Notes: generated from the sequence alone by a model not told the origin. DNA of 64,000 nucleotides from Nostoc sp. DedSLP01 (GCA_034530875.2 JAVRCJ020000011.1:128001-192000); one strand, 5' to 3'. Shown: positions 17,689 through 28,657, numbered from the stretch's first letter. Translations and numbers: made by a program.

Positions 17689-19077
17689 TTATTTCCTTCC
17701 TACTTCCTGGACTTTGCCTTGAGCCTTCAAATGAATTTCGGCATCTGCTGGCATTCCCATTTTGGCGCAGGGTAAATCTGATTCAGTATAGGGATTTTCG
17801 GGGTTCAAGCAGCTATCAGGATTTTGAATTTGGATGCGAATTCCTACTACTTGTCTGACTCTATCTTTTTGGAAGTAAATATTTTCTGGTGTAAATGAAG
17901 CTTGAGGATCGATCGCAATTACTTTTCCTGCTAGTGGTTTGTCTGGCGCAGAGTCAATGAAGATGTTCGCTGTTTGTCCTAAACGCACTTTGCCAATATC
18001 GCCTTCGGGAACGAAACCTCTAAAATAAACTGTCTTGGGGTCAACAATTGTCAAAATATTAGTCTGGCTGTTAACTACTGCACCCGGTTCGACGCTACGG
18101 GCAGTTACTACGCCATCTAACGGACTAACTACATTTAAATCTTTTTTGGAGTCTGCAATCTGGGTGAGGAATTGTTGCTTTGTTGCTTGGGCATCTTTGA
18201 CTTTGGCGCGTGCAGATTTAACTTTTGCCTGGGCGGATTTAAGTTGAGCGTAACTTTGCTGCTGCTTTGTGACTAATGCTGTTAGTTGAGCGTTACGAAT
18301 GTCAGGATTGAAACCTGTGGTTTTAGCTTGAGTTAATGCCCCTTGAACTGCACTTAACTGTTGGCGTGCGGCATTCACTGCTGCTTCACGTGCTTCTAGG
18401 GTGGCTGTTGCTGTGTCAAAAGTTGTTTGTGCTTGGTCGAATTGTTGCCTATCGACCGCCCCTTCTTGGACTAATTGAGCGTAGCGATCGCGGTTGATTT
18501 TTGCTAAATTAACTTCTGCTGCTGCCTGTTTAACTTCGGCTTGTGCTTGTACTAATGTAGCTTTAGCTGCCGCTACATTTGATTTTGCTTGCTCAATTCT
18601 GCCTGCGGTATCTCCTTGGGACTGCTGCAAATTCAGTTTAGCTTCGTTAATTTGGCTATTAATTTCTTGAATTTCTTTGGCAACTCGCTCCATATCTGAA
18701 ATTGCCTGTTGTTCGTCATATTCGGCAGATGTCACTCTTGCTTGAGCGCCGCGCAGTTGGTCTTGCAGTAATTGTTCGTCTATACTGTCTAACTCAATTA
18801 ACTTTTGCCCTTTTTTCACTGCTGCGCCTTCTCGCACAGCAATTGACTCAATTCGGCCAGAACGCTTCACCCCAATTTCGGTTTCATAGCCTTCAATTCG
18901 ACCGCTAACTTGCACTACATTCAGCGATTCTTGCGGTTGACTGCGCCACCAAGCATAACCAATACCACCTACCAACAGCAATCCTGCTATTAACAAAGGT
19001 ATCGGTTTTCCGTGACGCTGCTTGGTTAGCGATCGATCCTGAAGATTTTCCGAGGATGGGGGGACAGCCTGAGTCAT
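17689..19077 (-). CDS. HlyD/YbhG-family membrane fusion protein
   Basis: N-terminal TM segment, VSGRIEG, long coiled coil, SPLDGVV and ASFTPEN motifs. Confidence 0.9.
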   Translation of the reverse strand: MTQAVPPSSENLQDRSLTKQRHGKPIPLLIAGLLLVGGIGYAWWRSQPQESLNVVQVSGRIEGYETEIGVKRSGRIESIAVREGAAVKKGQKLIELDSIDEQLLQDQLRGAQARVTSAEYDEQQAISDMERVAKEIQEINSQINEAKLNLQQSQGDTAGRIEQAKSNVAAAKATLVQAQAEVKQAAAEVNLAKINRDRYAQLVQEGAVDRQQFDQAQTTFDTATATLEAREAAVNAARQQLSAVQGALTQAKTTGFNPDIRNAQLTALVTKQQQSYAQLKSAQAKVKSARAKVKDAQATKQQFLTQIADSKKDLNVVSPLDGVVTARSVEPGAVVNSQTNILTIVDPKTVYFRGFVPEGDIGKVRLGQTANIFIDSAPDKPLAGKVIAIDPQASFTPENIYFQKDRVRQVVGIRIQIQNPDSCLNPENPYTESDLPCAKMGMPADAEIHLKAQGKVQEVGRK

Positions 19078-19104
19078 TGTAGCACCCTGGATTGTATATT
19101 TGTC

Positions 19105-19129
19105 ATCATACTAGACTGTCTAGTATGAT
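19105..19129. promoter_or_regulatory. Probable TetR operator between the divergent genes
   Basis: Perfect 12-1-12 palindrome ATCATACTAGAC-T-GTCTAGTATGAT. Confidence 0.75.
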
Positions 19130-19163
19130 CAAACAACGTTACGTACCAAAAAATTTACTTTTC

Positions 19164-19790
19164 ATGTCCCCTAATCTTACTTCTCAACTAGAAAATTCCT
19201 TACCTGCCATAACTCAAAAGCAGGAGCAAATCTTGGAGGGAGCGACAAGAATATTTTTGCAGGAGGGTTACGCTAGAACAAGTATGGATCGCGTAAGTGC
19301 GGAAGCTGGGGTATCAAAGCAAACAATATACAGTCACTTTCGAGATAAAGAAGGTCTGTTTAAGGCTTTGATAGAAAGGTTGACACTCGCTTGTTTGCAA
19401 AGCATTTTTTTTACAGAAGAATTGCACCAAGACAAACCAGCGATTTTGTTACGTCAAGTTGCTGAAACTTATTTAACCAAAGTCGCCGATAATCCCGATT
19501 ATTTAGCCTTGTTGCGCTTGATTATTACCGAGTCAAAGAACTTTCCCGAACTAGCCAAACTTTATAGCCAAACCGTTGTGCAGCGCGGTCAGCAAATACT
19601 CGCCCAATATTTTGCATCCCATCCAGAATTAAAAATCACCGATCCAGAAGCAATGGCTCATATTTTTTTTGGTTCGCTGGTATCCTACGTAATCGTCCAA
19701 GAAATTTTACATGGAAAAGAACTAATGTTTTTATCCCGCGAACGTTTGTTAGACAGCTTAATTAACATGTTCTCATTCCAAAAGCTTTGA
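19164..19790 (+). CDS. TetR/AcrR family transcriptional regulator
   Basis: HTH FLQEGYARTSMDRVSAEAGVSKQTIYSHFRDKEGLF; likely start ATG 19164. Confidence 0.92.
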   Translation: MSPNLTSQLENSLPAITQKQEQILEGATRIFLQEGYARTSMDRVSAEAGVSKQTIYSHFRDKEGLFKALIERLTLACLQSIFFTEELHQDKPAILLRQVAETYLTKVADNPDYLALLRLIITESKNFPELAKLYSQTVVQRGQQILAQYFASHPELKITDPEAMAHIFFGSLVSYVIVQEILHGKELMFLSRERLLDSLINMFSFQKL

Positions 19791-19795
19791 TGGAA

Positions 19796-19935
19796 GAAAG
19801 GCAGGAGGCAGGAGGCAGGAGGCAGAAGGAGATGGGGAAGTGTGGGGAGTGTGGGGAGAAAGAGAATTTATACCCCTCTCTCTTCCCATACTTCCCACAC
19901 CTCCCACACCTCCTAATGCCCAATGCCCCATACCC
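19796..19935. repeat. STRR-type short tandem and inverted repeats between convergent genes
   Basis: (GGCAGGA)n, GTGTGGGGA / TCCCACAC and ATGCCCA units. Confidence 0.7.
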
Positions 19936-19945
19936 TTCCTCAGTC

Positions 19946-21037
19946 CTAAAATCCCATTGCTTCGGCTACTGCTTTGAGTTCCGCTGCGATGCCTTGTTTA
20001 AATTGACTGTGATTGTGCTTAATGGCTGTATCTGGATCTTTTAAACCATTGCCAGTAAGGACGCAAACTACTGTAGCTCCTGTGGGAATTTGGTCTTTCA
20101 CCTGTAGCAAGCCAGCTACAGAAGCAGCACTAGCAGGTTCGCAGAAGATACCTTCTGATGATGCCAAAAGTCGATAAGCGTCCAAAATCTCGTCATCGGT
20201 AACGGCGTGAAACTTTCCTTCACTGGCAGATTGTGCTGCGATCGCCAATTGCCAACTAGCAGGGTTACCGATGCGAATTGCTGTGGCGATGGTGTCGGGA
20301 TGGGGTACTGGTTCACCGCGTACTAAAGGCGCTGCACCTGCGGCTTGGAATCCCATCATCTTCGGTAAGCGATCGCATTTTCCGGCTTGATGATATTGGC
20401 AAAATCCCATCCAATATGCTGATATGTTTCCCGCATTCCCTACAGGGATACATAGCCAGTCTGGGGCATCACCCAAGGCATCGACGATTTCAAAGGCTGC
20501 TGTTTTTTGTCCTTCCAGACGATAGGGATTGACCGAATTCACCAAAGTGATGGGGTAATGTTCAGCCATCTCGCGGACAATTTCGAGGGCTTGGTCAAAA
20601 TTTCCTTTAATTGCTAATACTTCTGCCCCGTAAACTAACGCTTGAGCTAACTTACCCAATGCCACATAACCGTCGGGAATCAGCACAAAAGCACTCATTC
20701 CGCCACGCCTAGCATAAGCAGCCGCCGCAGCTGAAGTATTACCCGTACTGGCACAAATTACCGCTTTTGCCCCTTCTTCCTTGGCTTTGGAAATTGCCAT
20801 CGTCATCCCTCGGTCTTTGAAGCTGCCGGTGGGATTGAGACCGTCGTATTTGACAAAAACACGTACTTGTCTGCCAATACGTTCTGCGATCGCTGGCACT
20901 GGTATCAGGGGTGTGTTCCCCTCCAAAAGAGTGACAACCGGGGTTATTTCGCTGACAGGCAAGAATTCGCGATAGGCTTCTATCAGTCCGGGCCAAGGTT
21001 GGCGATGAGATTTAGCAGCAGACAGGCTCAAAGTCAC
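19946..21037 (-). CDS. thrC: Threonine synthase
   Basis: [10 protein letters not shown] (PLP Lys), [21 protein letters not shown] and LTGNGLKD motifs; GTG start. Confidence 0.93.
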   Translation of the reverse strand: MTLSLSAAKSHRQPWPGLIEAYREFLPVSEITPVVTLLEGNTPLIPVPAIAERIGRQVRVFVKYDGLNPTGSFKDRGMTMAISKAKEEGAKAVICASTGNTSAAAAAYARRGGMSAFVLIPDGYVALGKLAQALVYGAEVLAIKGNFDQALEIVREMAEHYPITLVNSVNPYRLEGQKTAAFEIVDALGDAPDWLCIPVGNAGNISAYWMGFCQYHQAGKCDRLPKMMGFQAAGAAPLVRGEPVPHPDTIATAIRIGNPASWQLAIAAQSASEGKFHAVTDDEILDAYRLLASSEGIFCEPASAASVAGLLQVKDQIPTGATVVCVLTGNGLKDPDTAIKHNHSQFKQGIAAELKAVAEAMGF

Positions 21038-21043
21038 GGGATT

Positions 21044-21342
21044 TTAATTAGGGATTAGGGATTAGGGATTGGGAACTGGGGATTGGTTATTCCCTTAGTA
21101 TTCATTATCTGAATTCCAAGAGAATATTATTCAGAATATTATTTTTTGTGCTGCAAGGCGTCTTAAACTTGCGATTTTTATTTATTGAGAATGTCAGTCT
21201 ATCATAACGAGTGGCTATTGGGCATGGGACAAGCAGGGAGTGTGGGAGGTGTGGGAGGAGAGGGGGCATAAATTCTCTTTCTCCCCACACTTCCCCATCC
21301 CCCCAGTCCCCAGTCACCAGTCCTCAGTCCCCAGTCTCCCAG
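21044..21342. repeat. STRR clusters (ATTAGGG)n and (CCCCAGT)n
   Basis: Tandem heptamers at about 21047-21085 and 21299-21341 (STRR1 type). Confidence 0.75.
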
Positions 21343-21499
21343 ATTTGGAACAGAACCCTTCTTATCGCAGTCTCTTATAAGTGAATCTAAAACTTATTAA
21401 ACTAAATGATGGAAAATACACAATAATTTAACAAACCTTAAAATAGGCTTATTATAATATTTCTATTGGTGTGAGTTTAATTTGCGGATTTAATTAAAG

Positions 21500-21697
21500 A
21501 TGCCTACTTGTCTACCCAGTGTTTCAGATCGCCAGTCCCAAGCTAACTTGGCCGAAAAGTTAACCAAGGCTTATTATCAAGACGATCAGCAAGCTAAATT
21601 TATGCATTTACAAGCAGAGATAGATTCTCTGTTGGAGCAGTTGGAAAACCTCAAGAACCAACGTTTAGCTGCGACTAGCCAAGAAGAACTAAGCTAA
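21500..21697 (+). CDS. Small coiled-coil hypothetical protein
   Basis: 65 aa ATG ORF in an otherwise empty interval; KFMHLQAEIDSLLEQL. Confidence 0.55.
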   Translation: MPTCLPSVSDRQSQANLAEKLTKAYYQDDQQAKFMHLQAEIDSLLEQLENLKNQRLAATSQEELS

Positions 21698-21709
21698 TTT
21701 TCTGAAATA

Positions 21710-21738
21710 GCGATGTCTGCGACGGGCTACGCCAACGC
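21710..21738 (+). mobile_element. SDR5-type 21-nt element inserted in a HIP1 site
   Basis: GCGAT-[GTCTGCGACGGGCTACGCCAA]-CGC. Confidence 0.8.
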
Positions 21739-21774
21739 CACCACTTCTTTGGGGCATGTTTTGGTAAGTGCTTG

Positions 21775-24123
21775 CTATTCAATGCGTTGGTTTTTCTCTG
21801 ACCAGCGCTCAACACTATACTTGTCAGCATTTTCTACCAGTAAAGCTAAGGATTGTACGCCTGAAAGCTTGGCGATCGCAGACAATCTCTGAGAGGAATT
21901 TTTTTCAAAATCTGTGTAAATTACTCGCTGGCTATCAGACAAAATTATCGTGCGGTCATGAGAGCGATTTGTCTTTCCTTCGGCAGTTTCAGCTTCAGTC
22001 TGATTTAAAGATGCGATCGTTGCTGCTGAAATCGTGAGTACTATTTCCGGCTTGCCATTATTTGTTAAATCGATGGTTTGAACGGGCCAATCGCCTAATT
22101 TGTCCTGCATCTGGTCAAAGCTAGGAATAGCACCAGGCGGAACCTCTCCAGATTTTTGTAAAGATTCCCACAGACTCGCGAGTATTGCCTTGACTCCTGA
22201 CGGATTTTGTGTATTCAGTTCTCGGAGAGTGATGGGAAATGGTTGCACCCATTCCAGTGCTGTATTTGTCAGGGCTAAGGGTTTCGGTTGGAAATCGCTT
22301 TGATTTTGGGGAATTTTGGGCCCTGCAACTAATAAGCGCAAAACATTATCCCGTAATTGCACAGCTTTGATAGCGACTATAGAAATTCTTTGTTCTCCGT
22401 TTGGTAGCCATATCACTATCTGAATTTCTGGGTCAGAATTAATTCCCAAAGTTGCCCAGAGAAATTTTGCGGAGGAAGTTTCCGGCAGGTTCAAATTTTC
22501 AAAAGGAAAATTTAGCCAGCGTTTGCCGTCAAAAAATGCACTCACCTGCACTTGATACCAAACTTGGTTATCTGGAAGTTTTAACTCTGCTGTAGAATTT
22601 GGTTGTAGCCACTCGCTGGTAGTAACTTGCGCGATCGGTTGCACTGTCCCAACAATTTGGCTGGGGTGGGATGTTTGCAACTTTATAGTCTCACCATCGA
22701 GTTTTGCTAACAGACTTTGAATATAAGCCAAACTATCTTTTGTAATTTGTGGTTGCGTCTTTAACCAAGAATTTGCAGCCTCTTGACCTTGTTGAACTGC
22801 TAAAATCAAGGCGAACCAAGCTTGTACCTCTTGTCTATTTGGGTTTACTCGCAACGCTGCGACTGCACGATTCCACAAGCGTCTTTCATCAGCTTTCAGT
22901 AGGGTAGTAATTTCTTGGACATTATGCGGCGACGCTTCAAATACCTGTAAAGCTTTCCCCCAGCGCCCATCAATTAAATCTGCAAGTACTTGTTCGCTAG
23001 GGCTGGCCCAACTTTTGTTGGCTTGGGCTTTAGTAAGTTGGGAATGCAAACGAATGACATCCATTTGGGCTTGCGCCGGCTGTGGTAATGCCTTACGCTG
23101 TTTTTTGATAAATTTCAACCATTCCAAAGCTGGCGTCCACAGTCCGTTACGGGCAATTGACAAGGCATTTTGGTATGCAGGATCTTTGAGTGTTGCCGAT
23201 TTCAGGCTTATTGCCTCTAATTGAATTGGTTTGAGAAATAATTTTAGAGGCTTGACTTGGTAAACCTCGAAGTAAGGTTCTAAACCTACTGTTCGATCTA
23301 CAATTAACTCTTTTGTCGCATCGCCAGTTACCTGCTGCCATTTGGGTGATTGACCTTTGGGGCTTTTCCAGGACAACATCTGTTGTAAATTGCTGCGTTC
23401 TGGATTGTAGTATATGATGTAGCCGTAAGTTACAGTACCAGTTCCTTGTTGCCGTTCGCCGCGCAAATTAAACCAAACCCCTGGTGATGGTGGGTTGTCA
23501 TCCAAGCGTTGTACCTTAGTTAAAGGTAGGGGAATACTGATATCCTGGGGTTCTAAGGCTGCATCAGCTAAGGAAGACATGACAAAGGATTCTTCTGGCC
23601 CAGTTATTGCTAATTGAGCATCTAAATAATAATAGTCTTCTGGCTCAGACTTAAACTCTAACTCTTGCGATCGCTGATAAACTCTGATTTCCACAAGTTG
23701 TTGACAATCAGATTCACAATTAGGACGCTGCTGAAAAACAGGCATTAAAAATGAGTTTTTCGTACCTTGATATAAAGGCAAAGTTTCCCCAATTATGAGC
23801 TTTTTGCTACTCAAATCGAGTTCAATCTTTTTGAGAGTTTGGGGACGTTCGTATTTACCAAGGGGAATTTGCGCCCACGCAGGTAAAATTTTATTTACCC
23901 AGCTTACTTGGTCTGGATTAAAGATGAAGAGAGCGCTAATCCAGGCAAAACCCACAATTAAAGTACCACTACCCAACAGAATTGCGATCGCTAACGTTGA
24001 CAACAACCAACTTCCTCGTTTTGGTTTTTGCAGCGGTTTTTTAACAACACGTTTCATCGCACCAGCACGAGGTTGATTTAGTTTAGAAGTTTTTGGCGTC
24101 AACTTGCGCGATCGTTTTGCCAT
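21775..24123 (-). CDS. Membrane-anchored hypothetical protein (about 780 aa)
   Basis: Long ORF; true start likely ATG 24123 (MAKRSRK) because the upstream extension is translated STRR; single N-terminal TM segment. Confidence 0.8.
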   Translation of the reverse strand: MAKRSRKLTPKTSKLNQPRAGAMKRVVKKPLQKPKRGSWLLSTLAIAILLGSGTLIVGFAWISALFIFNPDQVSWVNKILPAWAQIPLGKYERPQTLKKIELDLSSKKLIIGETLPLYQGTKNSFLMPVFQQRPNCESDCQQLVEIRVYQRSQELEFKSEPEDYYYLDAQLAITGPEESFVMSSLADAALEPQDISIPLPLTKVQRLDDNPPSPGVWFNLRGERQQGTGTVTYGYIIYYNPERSNLQQMLSWKSPKGQSPKWQQVTGDATKELIVDRTVGLEPYFEVYQVKPLKLFLKPIQLEAISLKSATLKDPAYQNALSIARNGLWTPALEWLKFIKKQRKALPQPAQAQMDVIRLHSQLTKAQANKSWASPSEQVLADLIDGRWGKALQVFEASPHNVQEITTLLKADERRLWNRAVAALRVNPNRQEVQAWFALILAVQQGQEAANSWLKTQPQITKDSLAYIQSLLAKLDGETIKLQTSHPSQIVGTVQPIAQVTTSEWLQPNSTAELKLPDNQVWYQVQVSAFFDGKRWLNFPFENLNLPETSSAKFLWATLGINSDPEIQIVIWLPNGEQRISIVAIKAVQLRDNVLRLLVAGPKIPQNQSDFQPKPLALTNTALEWVQPFPITLRELNTQNPSGVKAILASLWESLQKSGEVPPGAIPSFDQMQDKLGDWPVQTIDLTNNGKPEIVLTISAATIASLNQTEAETAEGKTNRSHDRTIILSDSQRVIYTDFEKNSSQRLSAIAKLSGVQSLALLVENADKYSVERWSEKNQRIE

Positions 24124-24129
24124 TGGTGG

Positions 24130-24295
24130 GTATTGGGGAGTAGGGAGTAGGGAATAGGGAGTGAGGGAAGAAATGACGATGGAGGAGCAAGGGAAGTAGG
24201 GGAAGTAGGGGAAGTAAAGGAAGAAACAGAATTTATGCTTCCCACACCTCCCACACCTCCCCATCTCCCCATCTCCCCACTCCCCACTCCCTATT
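24130..24295. repeat. STRR inverted clusters (GGGAGTA)n / (CTCCCCA)n
   Basis: Tandem 7-9-mers in opposite orientation. Confidence 0.7.
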
Positions 24296-24439
24296 GCCTA
24301 ATAGTTATACTCGCCCTTTGTAGAGTTGCCCAGAAGGATGATGTCTAATTTTGTACAAAATCCGTAAATTTACTCATGTTAGTGCGAAACAATCGGGAAT
24401 ACACTCTTCACTTAAGTATGCGAGCAGAGTATAAAAAAA

Positions 24440-26134
24440 TTGAAAGGTAAACTTATTAGCGGCAAACATCACACAATCTTGATGCTCGTATGGTTACTAA
24501 TTGCGGGAATCAATTTAGTTGTAGAAAAAGCGATCGCTATTCCAACCAACACGGAAACTACTGAGAATTCAGAAATTAAGAGCGATATTATACCCTCACC
24601 CACTTCAGGAGATCCGATGGCACAAGTCACATCGGTTTCTCAACTTAACGACGTACAACCTAATGATTGGGCTTTCGCAGCATTGCAGTCTCTAGTAGAA
24701 CGTTATGGTTGTATATCTGGTTATCCAAATAGCAGCTATCGGGGTAATCGTGCCTTAACTCGATATGAATTTGCTGCCGGTGTCAATGCTTGTTTAGATA
24801 GAATTAACGAGTTAATCGCTACAGCCACCGGTGATTTAGTTAAGCGGGAAGATTTAACAGTATTACAAAAATTGCAGGAAGAATTTGCTGCTGAATTAGC
24901 GACTTTAAAGGGTCGTGTTGATAGTTTAGAAGCTAGAAGTGCCGAACTTGAAGCCAACCAATTCTCAACAACAACTAAACTCAGCGGACTGCTGATAGTC
25001 GGGGTTCAAGGACGAACCGATAATCGTGGTGATGTTAATTTTAGAGATGGTCAAAAAGATACAGATGATGGTGGAACAAACATTAATGTTATTTCCTTGT
25101 CGCAACTGTATTTAACTAGTCAAATTACTCCCCGAAGTTACTTGTTCACAGGTTTGCTAGCTGGTAAAGGTACTACCGCACCAAGATTTACCAATAGCGT
25201 TTCTCGGAACGATGTTTTACTTGGCTACGAATTTCCTACAGATAGTTTGATTGTTAGCGACCTCAATTTCCATTGGTTGGTGACAAATAAATTAGCAGTG
25301 ATGGTGGGAACAGAAGGCGTAAGTATACCAACTGCTTTCCGAGGGCCAAATCGAGTAGAAAGTGCAGCAACAGGGCCGCTGTCTTATTTTGCCCAAAGAA
25401 ACCCAATTTTAAATACGGGATACGGCCATGGTGGTATAGCAATTGATTGGCAATTTGCTAAACGCGCTAGTTTGCAGGCAATTTATACTAGCTATCAACC
25501 AGGAAATCCCGGTCAAGGTAGCGGTTTATTTGATGGCAACACTACTACAGGCGTGCAGTTGTTACTGACACCAACTGATTCTGTAGATTTAAGTTTGTAT
25601 TACGTAAATAATTATTCTTCGGATGGTTGTTTGCTAACCTTTGTTGGCGATGAATGCTTAACTGCTGTTAACAGCGCCACTGGAAAATCAGCCCCGTTGC
25701 AAACCAACGCCGTAGGTGCGACTGTAACTTGGCAAATTTCAAAGAGTATCAGTGCAGGTGCATGGGGCGGTTATACTAAGTCTTATATTCCTGGACAATC
25801 GGGAAATGTCCAAACAACCAATTATATGGTGTTTTTGAATTTCCCTGATTTATTTGCTAAAGGTAATTTAGGCGGTATTTATGTCGGACAACCGCCAAAA
25901 ATTACCAGTAGCAATCTACCTGTAGGAAATAATGTCCCTGATTTCATTAATACTGGTTTAGGACGTGCAGGAGGTCAGCCGGGAACAACTACTCAAATTG
26001 AAGCATTTTATCGTTTTCAGATAAACAATAACATTAGCATTACACCAGGCATTATTCATATTTTAGAACCCGGCCATACACCAGATAGTGACTCAGTTAC
26101 TATCGGCATACTGCGAAGTACTTTTACTTTTTAG
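24440..26134 (+). CDS. Cyanobacterial SLH-domain outer-membrane porin (OprB / iron-uptake porin family)
   Basis: MAQVTSVSQLNDVQP.DWAFAALQSLVERYGC, ALTRYEFAAG, NQFSTTTKL and C-terminal LRSTFTF. Start codon uncertain (TTG 24440 or ATG 24482). Confidence 0.92.
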   Translation: MKGKLISGKHHTILMLVWLLIAGINLVVEKAIAIPTNTETTENSEIKSDIIPSPTSGDPMAQVTSVSQLNDVQPNDWAFAALQSLVERYGCISGYPNSSYRGNRALTRYEFAAGVNACLDRINELIATATGDLVKREDLTVLQKLQEEFAAELATLKGRVDSLEARSAELEANQFSTTTKLSGLLIVGVQGRTDNRGDVNFRDGQKDTDDGGTNINVISLSQLYLTSQITPRSYLFTGLLAGKGTTAPRFTNSVSRNDVLLGYEFPTDSLIVSDLNFHWLVTNKLAVMVGTEGVSIPTAFRGPNRVESAATGPLSYFAQRNPILNTGYGHGGIAIDWQFAKRASLQAIYTSYQPGNPGQGSGLFDGNTTTGVQLLLTPTDSVDLSLYYVNNYSSDGCLLTFVGDECLTAVNSATGKSAPLQTNAVGATVTWQISKSISAGAWGGYTKSYIPGQSGNVQTTNYMVFLNFPDLFAKGNLGGIYVGQPPKITSSNLPVGNNVPDFINTGLGRAGGQPGTTTQIEAFYRFQINNNISITPGIIHILEPGHTPDSDSVTIGILRSTFTF

Positions 26135-26812
26135 TGTAAAAATCCGAAATCCTGAATTATTAGCCCTTTGGTAACCAAACTTAATAATTTCAGTTTATCT
26201 CTTTCGGCATGTATAAAAATTCTAGATAATTCAATTCCCATATCTCTTTCAATGACCAATGCCCTATGCCCCATTCCCCATTTTCGAGAGATATAAAAAA
26301 GGTTTGGTGGTGAGCCAAACCTTAATATAAATCCAGTGCATAACAACATCCCGCATTAATTTACTCATTATTAGATTTATAGGCCATCTTCCTATAGGAA
26401 GTGTGCAAATATCTTCAAAGCTGATAAAGGGCTTGTTTAGTATAAGTGAATACTTAAAATAAAAATTATTCTGTCATAGCTTTTATGCTAAGCAGAAAAA
26501 TTTAGATACTAAAAAATATGTAAGATAGTTTGGAATAACCTATTTTTGAACAATATTCAAAAATAGCGATCGCACTTGATAAATCTGAAATTTACGAAAA
26601 TATAATTGACTAATTGAAAAATAAGATACGAATAAAAATAAGCCTGCCATCACTAACAAGCCTATATGTATATATGACATTCAAGTTGATGGAGTTCACA
26701 AGGATTCGTCTGGTAGCTAAGTAGAAATTGTTTTACCTTGCTAGGGTAGACGATTGTATATTATGAATACAGTAATTATGCTGTATTCCCTAAAATTTAG
26801 GTTTTCTCAGTA

Positions 26813-27088
26813 TTAACCACCAGCGACAGCAGGGACAATACTTACTTCATCGCCGTCGTTAAGGCGTGTATCTGCGCCTTTTAAAAAGCGAATATCTTCG
26901 TCGTTGAGGTAAAAATTCACAAACCGTCTTAGCTTTCCTTCTTCATCACACAATCGTGATTTAAAACCAGGAAAGCTTGCTTCTAATGAATCCACAAGTT
27001 CAGCAATGGTGTTGCCGCTAGATTCTACGGTAGCTTGGTTATTGGTAAATTGTTGAAGAGCTGTAGGAACTAAGACTGTTACGGACAT
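26813..27088 (-). CDS. MoaD/ThiS (CysO-like) ubiquitin-like sulfur carrier
   Basis: 91 aa beta-grasp pattern ending VPAVAGG. Confidence 0.92.
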   Translation of the reverse strand: MSVTVLVPTALQQFTNNQATVESSGNTIAELVDSLEASFPGFKSRLCDEEGKLRRFVNFYLNDEDIRFLKGADTRLNDGDEVSIVPAVAGG

Positions 27089-27130
27089 AGAAGTAGAAAG
27101 TTAAAAATGAAAAGTGAGGAGTCAGGAGCG

Positions 27131-27282
27131 AGGAGTGAAAAGTTAGGAGTGAGGAGTTAGGAATAAAAAACTCATAACTCATAACTCATAACTCCTAAGC
27201 CAGGAGTGAAAAGTTAGGAGTGAGGAATTAGGAATAAAAACTCATAACTCATAACTCATAACTCCTAACTCATAACTCATAA
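27131..27282. repeat. Direct duplication of a unit of about 68 bp made of inverted heptamers (AGGAGTG/AGGAGTT versus AACTCAT)
   Basis: AGGAGTGAAAAGTTAGGAGTGAGGA(G/A)TTAGGAATAAAAA(A)CTCATAACTCATAACTCATAACTCCTAA at 27131 and 27202. Confidence 0.85.
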
Positions 27283-28590
27283 TTAAACGAGGACTTGTTG
27301 CCATTCCAAGCGATCTAGAGTACGCGATCGCTCTAGGGCACGTTCAAAACTATCGAGTTTGGCATCAATAGTCAAGGGTTCGCCAATATAGCCTTGTACT
27401 GCTTCTTGGGTTTTCAAACCATTACCAGTGATGTAAACCACGGTAGTTTCATCTGGATCTATCTTGCCAGCTTCTACCAATTTTTTCAGCACAGCTACGG
27501 TTGTACCGCCTGCTGTTTCTGTGAAGATGCCTTCGGTTTCTGCTAGCAGCTTGATGCCTTCGATAATTTCTCCATCGTTGACTGATTCAATGTTACCACC
27601 AGTCTTCTGAGCTATATCCACAGCATAAATGCCGTCTGCTGGGTTACCGATCGCAATTGATTTGGCAATTGTATTTGGTTTTACTGGTTTAATAAAGTCG
27701 CGCCCTTCTTTAAATGCTTGGGCGATGGGCGAACAACCTTCAGCTTGAGCGCCGCTGAAACGAACCTTCTTACCTGCTACCAAACCAACTTCGACAAATT
27801 CTTGGAAGCCCTTATAAATTTTGCTAAATAGAGAGCCAGAAGCTAAAGGAGCAACAATATGGTCGGGTAATTCCCAGCCTAATTGTTCTGCAACTTCAAA
27901 GCCCAGCGTTTTAGAACCTTCAGAGTAGTAGGGACGCAAATTAATATTGACAAATCCCCAACCGTATGTATTTGCAACTTCCGAACACAAACGATTGACT
28001 TGATCGTAGTTGCCCTTTACAGCCATCAGGGTGGGACTGTAAATCAAACTGCCGAGAATTTTACCAGCTTCCAAATCAGCGGGGATGAATACACAGCAAT
28101 CTAAACCGGCGTGAGCTGCGATCGCCGCTGTAGAATTTGCCAAGTTACCAGTACTGGCGCAGGAAACTGTGGAAAAACCCAACTCTCTTGCCCTGGAGAG
28201 GGCGACTGATACCACCCGATCCTTAAAGCTGAGGGTGGGCATATTCACAGCATCATTTTTAATATAAAGCTTGTTTAGACCCAGGCGGCGGGCAAGACGA
28301 TGGGAACGAACCAAGGGGGTCATACCAGTTCCCACATCTATAACGTTGTCAGTTGCGACAGGTAAAAAGGGACGGTAGCGCCAAATTGAATTAGGGCCGG
28401 CTTTAATTGTTTCCCGAGTGACGGTTTGACGCAGAGCGCTGTAGTCATACATGACTTCCAAAGGCCCAAAGCATAACTCACAAACATTGCTGGCTTTGGG
28501 TTCGTATTCCGCGCCACATTCCTTACACTTCAAGGCTTTAAAAAATGTAGCATTACCGACTTGGGATTGGGTTGTGATTGCCTGAGTCAT
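27283..28590 (-). CDS. Threonine synthase-like PLP enzyme (second paralog) with N-terminal Zn ribbon
   Basis: CKECG...CELCFGPL, PTLSFKDR, CASTGNLA and ITGNGLKT motifs. Confidence 0.88.
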   Translation of the reverse strand: MTQAITTQSQVGNATFFKALKCKECGAEYEPKASNVCELCFGPLEVMYDYSALRQTVTRETIKAGPNSIWRYRPFLPVATDNVIDVGTGMTPLVRSHRLARRLGLNKLYIKNDAVNMPTLSFKDRVVSVALSRARELGFSTVSCASTGNLANSTAAIAAHAGLDCCVFIPADLEAGKILGSLIYSPTLMAVKGNYDQVNRLCSEVANTYGWGFVNINLRPYYSEGSKTLGFEVAEQLGWELPDHIVAPLASGSLFSKIYKGFQEFVEVGLVAGKKVRFSGAQAEGCSPIAQAFKEGRDFIKPVKPNTIAKSIAIGNPADGIYAVDIAQKTGGNIESVNDGEIIEGIKLLAETEGIFTETAGGTTVAVLKKLVEAGKIDPDETTVVYITGNGLKTQEAVQGYIGEPLTIDAKLDSFERALERSRTLDRLEWQQVLV

Positions 28591-28628
28591 AAACTAGCTT
28601 TCCCTGTCTGTCCATCAACTGTCGCCTG

Positions 28629-28657
28629 ATAGTAACACGAGTAAAAATACCAGTCAA
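28629..28657 (-). promoter_or_regulatory. Sigma70-type promoter of the thrC-like/moaD operon
   Basis: Minus strand TTGACT (28657-28652), N17, TACTAT (28634-28629). Confidence 0.7.

Noticed and set aside
19787..20044. 85-aa ORF, and similar ORFs at 21105-21317 and 24099-24287
   Set aside because: Translations of STRR tracts, or overlapping real genes.
27131..27282. Possible CRISPR or ncRNA
   Set aside because: Made of STRR heptamers; no repeat-spacer structure.
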